Assembly (NCBI GenBank): GCA_033762815.1
Contig: JANRLF010000001.1
Span: forward strand, 324,490 to 388,489
Direction of reading: 5' to 3'
From: Chitinophagales bacterium
GTDB taxonomy: Bacteria; Bacteroidota; Bacteroidia; Chitinophagales; CAIOSU01
DNA length: 64,000 nt
The notes under the pieces are model-generated. The model was given only the letters and a program-made list of their open reading frames with translations, had not been told where the DNA came from and did not search any database. A program made the position numbers and the translations under genes. Each line of letters opens with the position of its first letter. Position 1 is the first letter of the stretch. Of the stretch, positions 18,699-27,283 are shown piece after piece.

Positions 18699-20242
18699 GC
18701 CCCCAACACAATGCGCTCCTGCAATAGGGTTTTAATAGCATTTTCCTGCAATCCCATTTCCTGCAATATAGCTATGGTGTCTTCTCCAAGCATGGGAGGT
18801 TCCCATTGTACTGCTGCAGGGGTATTGAGAAACTTGATGGGTACACCTGCCATCTTGTAGTGCTCGCCATTGGGGGTGGTTTGTTCGGTAAGCAATCCTC
18901 TTTGTACCATATGTGGGTCATTAACCAAATCAGCTATATCATGCACAGGGGATAGGCAGATATCCGCTTGATTGGCCAATGAGATCCATGCTGCCTTTGT
19001 TTTCTCGGCGAAAAGTTGAGCCACTTCGCTTTTCAACTCCCGCTGGTCCTCCTCTAGCAAACGATGCTTCCATTCAGGTTTGTCCACCAGGTCGCAAAAT
19101 CCTTCCCAAAATTTTGGCTCCAAAGCTCCTAGTGCCATATAAGCCCCATCGGCACATCTATATACGTTGTAGTTGGCCAAACCACCTGACAAGGCTTGGC
19201 CGCCCCTTTTGACAGATTTGCCAGCGGCATGTTCGGCTATCGCAAAAGCACTCAATGGTACCATGCAATCTGTCATCGAAACATCCACCCATTGGCCCTC
19301 GCCGCTAACGCTTCTTTCTACCAGCGCTGCCAAGCAAGCATTTACTGCCATATAGCCCCCTCCTGCTATGTCCGCTATTTGACCGCCTGGTATGCTTGGG
19401 CTCTGCTCGTTGCCTGTTATTCCCAATAAACCAGCATAAGCAATATAGTTAAGGTCATGGCCCGCACGCTGCGCATAAGGGCTATCTTGGCCATAGCCAG
19501 TGATGGAAACATATACCAATTTGGGGTTCAATTTTTTTACATCATCATAGCCAAAGCCCAATTGTTGCATTACTCCTGGTCTGAATTGTTCCATTAGCAC
19601 ATCCGCCTCTTTTATCAGTTGATAAAGTACTTCTTTGCCACTTTCGGTGTTATAGTCAATTGCTAGGCTGCGCTTGGAGCGATTGACAGCTAAGTAATAA
19701 GCTGAATGGTCGCCAATAAAGGGAGGAAAGTTGCGAATGTAATCAGGTGCTGAAGGGTCCTCGATTTTGATCACTTCTGCGCCCATTTCTGCCATTAGCA
19801 TAGTGGCCATAGGGCCCGGCAGCAAACGTGTGAAATCAACCACTTTCAATCCTTTTAGCGGACCGGTTGTAGGTTTTCTGGACGGGATATAGCTAGGTAA
19901 CGGTGTTGTTGCTTCCAACTGTTTCCCATAGCGATGGAAAAGCTTGCTGAAGCGAATCATTTCCGAAAGGTTGCTCACTTTTACCTTTCCAAACATTAAT
20001 GCCATTTGTGGATTTTCCTTGCCTGTTTCAAGAGCTACATAGGTATCTGATTTGGTTTTTACAACACAAGCGGGCTTGCCTTCCAAGCCTTTTTTTAGAG
20101 TGCAAGTGCCTTTTGAAATAGTTACCGTAAATGGCCAACCTTTATTGTCTTTGATTTCAAAATGAAAAACCGTTTCATAGTCTTTCGCTTTTTCAGGGCG
20201 AAATCGCTGTGGGATTGATAAAACAATGTCGTCAAAAACCAT
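18695..20242 (-). CDS. SCP2 domain fused to a family III CoA-transferase (CaiB/BaiF/alpha-methylacyl-CoA racemase-like)
   Basis: N-terminal about 100 aa sterol-carrier-protein-2 fold (…NPQMALMFGKVKVSNLSEMIRFSKLF), then CoA-transferase III motifs (GLKVVDFTRLLPGP, catalytic Asp region). Confidence 0.8.
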   Translation of the reverse strand: MVFDDIVLSIPQRFRPEKAKDYETVFHFEIKDNKGWPFTVTISKGTCTLKKGLEGKPACVVKTKSDTYVALETGKENPQMALMFGKVKVSNLSEMIRFSKLFHRYGKQLEATTPLPSYIPSRKPTTGPLKGLKVVDFTRLLPGPMATMLMAEMGAEVIKIEDPSAPDYIRNFPPFIGDHSAYYLAVNRSKRSLAIDYNTESGKEVLYQLIKEADVLMEQFRPGVMQQLGFGYDDVKKLNPKLVYVSITGYGQDSPYAQRAGHDLNYIAYAGLLGITGNEQSPSIPGGQIADIAGGGYMAVNACLAALVERSVSGEGQWVDVSMTDCMVPLSAFAIAEHAAGKSVKRGGQALSGGLANYNVYRCADGAYMALGALEPKFWEGFCDLVDKPEWKHRLLEEDQRELKSEVAQLFAEKTKAAWISLANQADICLSPVHDIADLVNDPHMVQRGLLTEQTTPNGEHYKMAGVPIKFLNTPAAVQWEPPMLGEDTIAILQEMGLQENAIKTLLQERIVLGA

Positions 20243-20353
20243 TTACTTAAACTTTAAGGCTAAAGTAGGAATTGTACTGCAATATGGGTAAATGGGAATT
20301 GCCCAATGACCGGACAGAGCAATTTGTTTACTTTTAAGTACTAAATAGGAGGT

Positions 20354-21229
20354 ATGGCACCACAGACTTTCATCGATTCCCAACATCAGGCTTTTTTTGA
20401 CGAGCAAGGTTTTATAGTGTTAGATGTTTTAGAGCAAAACCAATTGGAGGCACTAAAGCTGCTTTTTCAAGAAACATATTTTGCGAACAATAATCCGAGG
20501 TCAAATTTCAATGCCGTAAGTGATAAAGAGCGTAATAATCTGATTAGATTGGAAAGTATTCGGATTTTGGCACCTTCCTTCAATAAAGTTTTTAAAAATT
20601 ATATTAATAATGGTGCCACCTTCTTCTTAAAACAGCCTAGTCAAGGTGAGCTTGGTCTGCACCAAGATAGCACCATGGTTGATTTTTCTGAAGATTTTGC
20701 CTGTTACGCATGGACCCCATTACAAGATGTAAATGAGCACAATGGTTGTATGTTTATTATCCCTAAGAGCCATTTGTTTTTTAAGAACTATAACTCATTT
20801 ACTTATCGCAACACAGAGATTTATTTAAAGGAAGTGGTGCCTGATGCCATCAAAAAAATAGAAATGAAAGCCGGCGAAATATTGTTTTATGACAATCGCT
20901 TGTTTCATGGTTCATTTGCCAACCAATCTTCAGAACTGCGTATTGCAATGAATATGTTGATTGTTTCGGATAAGGCGAAACTTAGGTATTATCAGAAAAA
21001 AAATGATTTTTTTACATCAGAGTATCATGCCACTGCTGAATCATTTCTGAACAGCCATGATGTTTATGCCAAAGGCTTATTGCCTGAAGGCGCTGAATTT
21101 ATTCGCGATATCCCCTATACCCATCACTTCGTCACTGCAAAAGATATTAATAAAGCGAATAAACAGTTTGATGTCAATTCCAAGCCATTAAAAAAATGGT
21201 GGCGACAGGTATTGACTAAATATTTCTAG
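20354..21229 (+). CDS. phytanoyl-CoA dioxygenase (PhyH) family Fe(II)/2-oxoglutarate oxygenase
   Basis: 291 aa with HQDS (HxD) and a distal His. AT-rich gene. Confidence 0.7.
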   Translation: MAPQTFIDSQHQAFFDEQGFIVLDVLEQNQLEALKLLFQETYFANNNPRSNFNAVSDKERNNLIRLESIRILAPSFNKVFKNYINNGATFFLKQPSQGELGLHQDSTMVDFSEDFACYAWTPLQDVNEHNGCMFIIPKSHLFFKNYNSFTYRNTEIYLKEVVPDAIKKIEMKAGEILFYDNRLFHGSFANQSSELRIAMNMLIVSDKAKLRYYQKKNDFFTSEYHATAESFLNSHDVYAKGLLPEGAEFIRDIPYTHHFVTAKDINKANKQFDVNSKPLKKWWRQVLTKYF

Positions 21230-22236
21230 CTCCAAAAGTAAATCTTCTCAAAGTCGTGCGAGAAGCTAAGGAATCCACCAAAAGTAATTCTGGGGATGTT
21301 ACCTTTAATAGTTTCTACTCTATGCCAAATATTACCTCCCTCAAACAGTATCATATCCCCTTTTTGAGGTCGCAGCTTATTTTTAAGGATGGAAGTATCG
21401 GTTTGAACATATATTTTGGTACCGTCGGGTTGGATAATTTCATTGTCCTCTTCTGGCGAAACTTTAGTTTGGCCTTCTTGCCATCGGAAGTTAAACAAGG
21501 ATAGTTCGCCACCTTCTTCTGGCTCTTGCAACATAATAAAATAGCTCATTTGATCAGTAGAGCGTACTTGCTGGTTAAGCTCCACATACGATTCATTGAA
21601 GGTGGCTCCAAAATAGTTACCGCAATGTATGGTTATTAAACCTTGGTATGGCACCAGGTATCTAAAGGTAACAAAGGGAAAAGCACCCTGTTTATTGCTT
21701 CCCTTTGGTTGAACTACTTCCCGGTTTCCACCTATGGATTTAAAAAAGTCTGTAATTTGTCCTAGAGCATCTACCCCATATATCTCTTTGAAGGTATTGT
21801 TGAATTGTTCCATTTCCTCATAATATCTAACTGCTGCAGCCTGTTTTTCTTCTTCCGATAAAGCCGCTGTCTTTCTGCTGAATTCGGCAAAAATTGTAGG
21901 ATAGGTAAATCCTACTTTACTGCTGGCCTGAATACCATTGTTAGTTCTTACCTCTTCTAAACAAGCAAGTAGTTTGTCAACATCTTCAATTGACATGAAG
22001 TTTTTGATAAGAAAACCATCGGTTTTTCCGGTAAACATGTCCATGATGGCATCAGGATACTTCTTCATTTCCTCTTTTGATACCACATTGAAATTGTACA
22101 AATTGTTATCGGCCTCCTTTTCAAGAACTTTAGGGGTTTCTATTACTTTGTTTTCAGGTTGCGGTTTGAGAATGGCTGGGGAATCATTGGTTTCTTTTCT
22201 ATTGGCACCAATCCAGTTTATTATATTTTTAAACAT
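21226..22236 (-). CDS. 2OG-Fe(II) oxygenase-like protein (prolyl-hydroxylase-like fold), hypothetical
   Basis: GGELSLFNF, then LFEGGNIWHRVE, then RITFGGF: the pattern of the 2OG-FeII_Oxy_3 domain. 4-nt convergent overlap with the PhyH gene. Confidence 0.5.
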   Translation of the reverse strand: MFKNIINWIGANRKETNDSPAILKPQPENKVIETPKVLEKEADNNLYNFNVVSKEEMKKYPDAIMDMFTGKTDGFLIKNFMSIEDVDKLLACLEEVRTNNGIQASSKVGFTYPTIFAEFSRKTAALSEEEKQAAAVRYYEEMEQFNNTFKEIYGVDALGQITDFFKSIGGNREVVQPKGSNKQGAFPFVTFRYLVPYQGLITIHCGNYFGATFNESYVELNQQVRSTDQMSYFIMLQEPEEGGELSLFNFRWQEGQTKVSPEEDNEIIQPDGTKIYVQTDTSILKNKLRPQKGDMILFEGGNIWHRVETIKGNIPRITFGGFLSFSHDFEKIYFWS

Positions 22237-22245
22237 ATTTATATT

Positions 22246-23262
22246 TTATAATTGTGAGCATGAATCAGCAGTATAATATCTCTTAATATCATTGAGAGCG
22301 TTTAATGATCCATCAACCCTTCCTTGCATGGGGATGGCATAATGGTTTCTTGCATTAGGTACGATGTGCATATTACTAAAATTGGGAACATCAGGCATGG
22401 AAAAGCATGGCTTTATCAATGAAGTTAGATATTGCCAATTTTCTTGCATATATTTTTCCAACTCACAACAAAAGCAGGAGCTATTTTCATATTCAGTATC
22501 CAATTTTGTTATTAAACCTATACTCACTAATTGCCGTGATTCGCCAAATTTTCTTTTTGTTCGGTAGGGTAAGCAAGTATTACAAGAACTATCGCTGGAA
22601 ATATAGGAATAGTCCATTAAGTTTCCACTAATGGTATCACATATTACAAAAGGGTCATAAGGGTCGATAATATATTCTTTGCCTCCTATGGTAAGCAAAG
22701 GGAATTCATGTACACCATTTGGAATAATGATATTCCTTCCTTTTAATGAAAGTAACTTATCGGAAAGTCGAAGAAAGAAAGAAGTGCGTTCGCTGCAGTA
22801 AACGGAAAATGTATTGGAATTGCCCAATTGATAGCATGTATCTAATGGTAGCTGTGACCAACTGTTTCTTATGGCCATAAAGTTACTATCAGCGGCAAAC
22901 CCATATTTGGGGCCAAACAATTGAAAACTGAATGTTGCATACACAAAGTCGGCCAAAATAAGTGCTTTGCAATATTGTCTTGCTTCTAATGAACTTTTCT
23001 TTTTATCAATATCTGCAAATTTTAACTGAAGCTGCATCACAGCACTGTCAAAAACAGGATGTGAATTTGTATAAATTGTATCAGGTAAAATTTTACAATT
23101 GAAACTATCTAAGTTCCATGGGTTTGGTCGAAGGCGAGAAGTGGTAATGAGTTCTGAAACATCACTTAAAGAGATGTGCTGATAACTAGTATGATGGTTT
23201 TGAAAGTTGCATGATAGTAGTGAACAAATGAATAGAAAGCTAAGTATAGAACGGCTTTTCAT
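22246..23262 (-). CDS. Cys-rich hypothetical lipoprotein
   Basis: Signal peptide with lipobox (LLSC). Many Cys (CNTC, CFCCELE). AT-rich. No domain recognised. Confidence 0.5.
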   Translation of the reverse strand: MKSRSILSFLFICSLLSCNFQNHHTSYQHISLSDVSELITTSRLRPNPWNLDSFNCKILPDTIYTNSHPVFDSAVMQLQLKFADIDKKKSSLEARQYCKALILADFVYATFSFQLFGPKYGFAADSNFMAIRNSWSQLPLDTCYQLGNSNTFSVYCSERTSFFLRLSDKLLSLKGRNIIIPNGVHEFPLLTIGGKEYIIDPYDPFVICDTISGNLMDYSYISSDSSCNTCLPYRTKRKFGESRQLVSIGLITKLDTEYENSSCFCCELEKYMQENWQYLTSLIKPCFSMPDVPNFSNMHIVPNARNHYAIPMQGRVDGSLNALNDIKRYYTADSCSQL

Positions 23263-23379
23263 AAGGCAAAGATACGTATTCAGGCAATAACCTGCCTTTT
23301 GCCACAGTGCGTGGTGGTTGGAATGTTTTCACCTATATTTGTTTGTATTTCCCTATCGCGTTAAGAATAGGTACCAGAC

Positions 23380-24612
23380 ATGAAGCACGTAGCTGTTAAC
23401 ATCGAGAAATTAACCAAACGTTACGTAACAAATATAGGCACCTCGCAAAGTAAGCAAATAACCGTTTTAAGGGATATAAACCTCACCATTAAAGAGGGTG
23501 AAAGATGGGGCATCATCGGCAAAAATGGTTCCGGTAAAAGTACTTTGTTGAAAGTGCTTTCCGGTTTGGTAAAACCATCGGACGGGCAAGTTGTAATAAA
23601 AGGGAGGGTAAACCATATTCTCAATGTAGGTGATAATTTCTTGCCGGATTTAACTGGGGCACAAAATGCCTTGTTCTTTTTCAGATTGAACGGCATGGGC
23701 AGCAAACAAGCGGAGAAGGCATTGAAAGAAGCAGCATCTTTCGCTGAAATAGGCGATTTTTTGTACCAGCCTGTTAAAACATATTCCGATGGTATGTATC
23801 TGCGGCTTGCGTTTGGAGCTTGTTTGCAATTGGCTTCGGACATACTTATTGTAGACGAAGTGTTCAGTGTCGGGGATGCCAGTTTTAGGGAAAAGTTTCA
23901 AAGGGAACTCCATAGGTATATTTCAAGAACAAGTAATTTGATTGTAGTTTCCCATGACCCTCGGGAAATCATATCTTATTGTACGCATTGCTTATGGCTA
24001 GATGCGGGAGAGCAAAAAATGGTGGGCGAGGCTCAAGAGGTTGAATCAGCCTATTATCAAGAAATTGCAAGGCTAGAATGGTCTAGGGATTACGAGCGGT
24101 CATTAGATGAGCAATCGCTTATTGGCAATAATTTTATCAAGGTTGAAAACAATTTGCTAAGCCTGAATTCAGTAACTATAGGCCCCCCCTCAGGCTTCAA
24201 GGAAATGACCTATGAAAGTGGGGTAGTTTTCAGTATTGAAATTGAAAAGAAAAAAGAACAAGTCTTTTTTCATCCAGGGGTGCATATATACGATTATTTG
24301 ATGAATAATATTATGTTTATTCAACCTGTCGCTGATTCTGAAGCCGATCAGCAAATAAGAAGCTTGGAAAATGTGGTTGGTAAGATTAAAATGGAAATTG
24401 TGCTGCCTCCAAAAATATTAAGTTTCGGTACTTATTATATGGAAGTCATGTTTTCAAAAAACACATCTTCAGCGGCACAATACATTGAGCTAGCTCTTAA
24501 AATGCCCGCAAAAATGGTATTTAAAGTTTCTAAAGGGCAAATTCATGATTTTTCAGGGTCCACTTTCAATGTTTTTATTAAACCAGAATGTAAGTTCCAT
24601 TTTGAATATTGA
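23380..24612 (+). CDS. ABC exporter ATP-binding protein, Wzt/TagH type with C-terminal extension
   Basis: Walker [10 protein letters not shown], signature YSDGM, Walker B ILIVDE, plus a roughly 170-aa C-terminal domain as in O-antigen/teichoic-acid exporters. Confidence 0.85.
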   Translation: MKHVAVNIEKLTKRYVTNIGTSQSKQITVLRDINLTIKEGERWGIIGKNGSGKSTLLKVLSGLVKPSDGQVVIKGRVNHILNVGDNFLPDLTGAQNALFFFRLNGMGSKQAEKALKEAASFAEIGDFLYQPVKTYSDGMYLRLAFGACLQLASDILIVDEVFSVGDASFREKFQRELHRYISRTSNLIVVSHDPREIISYCTHCLWLDAGEQKMVGEAQEVESAYYQEIARLEWSRDYERSLDEQSLIGNNFIKVENNLLSLNSVTIGPPSGFKEMTYESGVVFSIEIEKKKEQVFFHPGVHIYDYLMNNIMFIQPVADSEADQQIRSLENVVGKIKMEIVLPPKILSFGTYYMEVMFSKNTSSAAQYIELALKMPAKMVFKVSKGQIHDFSGSTFNVFIKPECKFHFEY

Positions 24613-24624
24613 TTAATTAGATAA

Positions 24625-25449
24625 ATGAATAGGGAACAGCACACAGTAGTTTACAACAGTAAGCCCCCAAGCATACCTATTTATTTAAAATCGGTATATG
24701 AAAACAGACATTTTCTGTTGCTTTTAAGTTGGCAAGAAATAAAGGCTCAATATGCCCAAACCTATTTTGGATTGCTATGGGCGCTTATCAGACCTTTATT
24801 GTTAATCATCATCTTTACATTGGTTTTTAAAAAAATGCTGCATGTAGCTACCGATTCACCGTATTATTTATTTGCATTCGTAGGGATGATTTCTTGGAAC
24901 TACTTTTATGGGATAAGTGTGCAAGCATCTCATGTAATGCAGCAAAGGCGTGATCTTTTTCGAAAATTCAACATGCCAAAACTGATACTACCCTTGTATA
25001 AGTCATGCGTGGTTTCAGTTGATATGTTAACTGGCTTGGTGCTAGTAATGATCTTGGTAGTTTACGAAGGGTTGCCCATCCAATCAGGGCTGTTTTTGTT
25101 GCCAGTGTTTTTGATTGCTAATTTATTCTGTGGATTAATGGTAGCGATATGGGCTAATTGCCTTAGCATTCGTTTTAGAGACATTAATCATTTGTTGCCT
25201 GCATTGATTGGTGTCGGATTTTGGGTAACACCTATCTTTTATCCAAGTACGATGATTCCTAGCAATTTTAGCTATTTGTTGTACATTAATCCTATGGCCG
25301 GGGTTTTGGCTGGTTTGCGATATTCCATATTGGGAGAGCCTTTCCCAACTTGGCCGTATTTTGTATCATTATCTGCGGTAGCTATGCTCACCTTTTTAGG
25401 TGTTTGGTACCTTTCAAGAATTGAAAGCGAAATTGCTGATTATGCATAA
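24625..25449 (+). CDS. ABC-2 type exporter permease (Wzm/TagG-like)
   Basis: 274 aa, 6 TM, ABC-2 family pattern. Directly downstream of the ATPase. Confidence 0.8.
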   Translation: MNREQHTVVYNSKPPSIPIYLKSVYENRHFLLLLSWQEIKAQYAQTYFGLLWALIRPLLLIIIFTLVFKKMLHVATDSPYYLFAFVGMISWNYFYGISVQASHVMQQRRDLFRKFNMPKLILPLYKSCVVSVDMLTGLVLVMILVVYEGLPIQSGLFLLPVFLIANLFCGLMVAIWANCLSIRFRDINHLLPALIGVGFWVTPIFYPSTMIPSNFSYLLYINPMAGVLAGLRYSILGEPFPTWPYFVSLSAVAMLTFLGVWYLSRIESEIADYA

Positions 25450-25477
25450 CAAAAAGCCACCTTGGCTTAAGGTGGCT
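25449..25477 (-). terminator. hairpin terminator downstream of the ACAD gene. May also stop the convergent ABC permease transcript
   Basis: 9-bp perfect stem agccacctt / aaggtggct with loop ggctt. T-run on the minus strand. Confidence 0.55.
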
Positions 25478-25499
25478 CTAATGATGGTGTGAAATATTC

Positions 25500-27113
25500 C
25501 TAGGCCAACCTGCGGAACAATCCGATGAACTTCATCATTTCGCCCAGATTGCTGATTTTGATTTTGCCCATCATTACTGCCATTTGGGGGTTGGTCCTTC
25601 CCAATTCGGTATCTTCATAAGTCTGGTCGCTGGTTGATACCACACAACTGGGTTCTCCATGGAAACCATCTTCCACCACGCAGGTATTGTTGTTTACCAT
25701 TACGCTGAACGCACCACCATTAGGGCCGGTTATATCAAAATGCACTGTACTTGTAATGCCTTCCGCCTTTTCCTGCTTGAAGCGGCTAGGTAAGGAAAGG
25801 ATAATTTCTCTTGCTGTTTCTGGTGTTGCTGCACTCATTGTTTCTGATTGTTTTTGTATTGGTTGTGATAGAGTATTTTCTGCGCTTATGGCGGCTTGTT
25901 TTTCTTGTTGCTTCATGCTTTCATAAGCCGATTCGTAGCTGATGCCATCAATGATGATTTTGGCTAAAATCTCCTTCATGATTTCTGAAGTGCCGCCTAC
26001 AATGGTGCCTACCCTGGCATCGCGGTACATGCGGGCTATGGGGTATTCTTCCATATAGCCGTAGCCACCGAAAAACTGTAGGCATACGTCTGCGGCTTTT
26101 TTGCCGAGCTCAGTGCCCAACAACTTCACCATGCTGCATTCCTTTACCGCAAATAGGTTGTTCTGGAACAGCCAAGCCGTATGATAGGTCAATTGGCGGG
26201 CCGCCTCCACCTCCGTTGCCAAATCGACTAAGGCATGGCGCACTACCTGGAATTTTTTGATTTGCTTACCAAAAGCTTCCCGTTCGTTGATATACTTTAA
26301 GGTTGTTTCAATCACCAAGTCGCAGCCCGCTATAGCAGATACGCCTGCCACTAGGCGTTCCAACTGAAAGCTCTCCATAATATAATAGAAGCCTTGATTT
26401 TCTTGGCCTATCAAGTTACTGGCTGGGACTTTCACGTTCTCGAAAAACAGCTCGGCAGTATCTGAGCTATGCCAGCCCATTTTGTTCAACTTATTGCTGC
26501 GAAAACCTGCGCTCCCTTGGTCAATTACTAGCAGACTAATGCCCGCTGGGCCCGCCGCAGGGTCAGTTTTTACTGCAACAGTCACAAAGTCGCCATACAC
26601 ACCATTGGTGATAAAGGTTTTTTGCCCGTTTACGATGTAATAGTCGCCTTCCCGCTTGGCCGTGGTCCTGATATTGGCAACATCTGAGCCTGCACCCGGC
26701 TCAGTTACTGCTAGGCCCCCTACCAAAGTACCATTGATAGCACCAGGTAGGTATTTTTGTTTCAATTCCTCACTGCCTGCCTTTGCCAAGTGGGCAGTAC
26801 TCATGAATTGGTGTACGCTGTGGGCGGCCGCAAAGCCCGCCAATCCGCTTTTTGCCATTTCTTCCAAAAGCACCACACTGTAAAAGAAATCGTTGTTGCT
26901 ACCGCCAAAAGCTTCTTGATGGTTGACGCCCAAGAAGCCTAATTCGCCCATTTTTTTCCAGATGCTTTTAGGCAATTCCCGTTTTTCTTCCCATTCATTG
27001 GCAAAAGGAATTACTTCTGCCTGAACGAATTGCCGTACCGATTGTCGGAAAAGTTCATGTTCTTCAGTAAAATACAGCGATTTCTTCACCATGGAATTTT
27101 GTAAGGCTTCCAA
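25500..27113 (-). CDS. acyl-CoA dehydrogenase with C-terminal SCP2 lipid-carrier domain
   Basis: ACAD N/M/C domains (catalytic Glu region YPIARMYRDARV, GGTSEI) plus C-terminal SCP2 (…NPQMAVMMGKIKISNLGEMMKFIGLF). Confidence 0.85.
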   Translation of the reverse strand: MEALQNSMVKKSLYFTEEHELFRQSVRQFVQAEVIPFANEWEEKRELPKSIWKKMGELGFLGVNHQEAFGGSNNDFFYSVVLLEEMAKSGLAGFAAAHSVHQFMSTAHLAKAGSEELKQKYLPGAINGTLVGGLAVTEPGAGSDVANIRTTAKREGDYYIVNGQKTFITNGVYGDFVTVAVKTDPAAGPAGISLLVIDQGSAGFRSNKLNKMGWHSSDTAELFFENVKVPASNLIGQENQGFYYIMESFQLERLVAGVSAIAGCDLVIETTLKYINEREAFGKQIKKFQVVRHALVDLATEVEAARQLTYHTAWLFQNNLFAVKECSMVKLLGTELGKKAADVCLQFFGGYGYMEEYPIARMYRDARVGTIVGGTSEIMKEILAKIIIDGISYESAYESMKQQEKQAAISAENTLSQPIQKQSETMSAATPETAREIILSLPSRFKQEKAEGITSTVHFDITGPNGGAFSVMVNNNTCVVEDGFHGEPSCVVSTSDQTYEDTELGRTNPQMAVMMGKIKISNLGEMMKFIGLFRRLA

Positions 27114-27283
27114 AAATAGCTAGGTGCAATGAGCATAACAAACTATTGTAAATGTTTGTTTTATCTAACATGGGTAGATAAAAATTAGCTGTTTCAATTT
27201 TTGACAAGAATATGATAAATGTCAGCCTTTTTATCAGGCTCGAATGCCGACCTTTGCGCCAAATTTTTAAAGCCCCTTTTACT

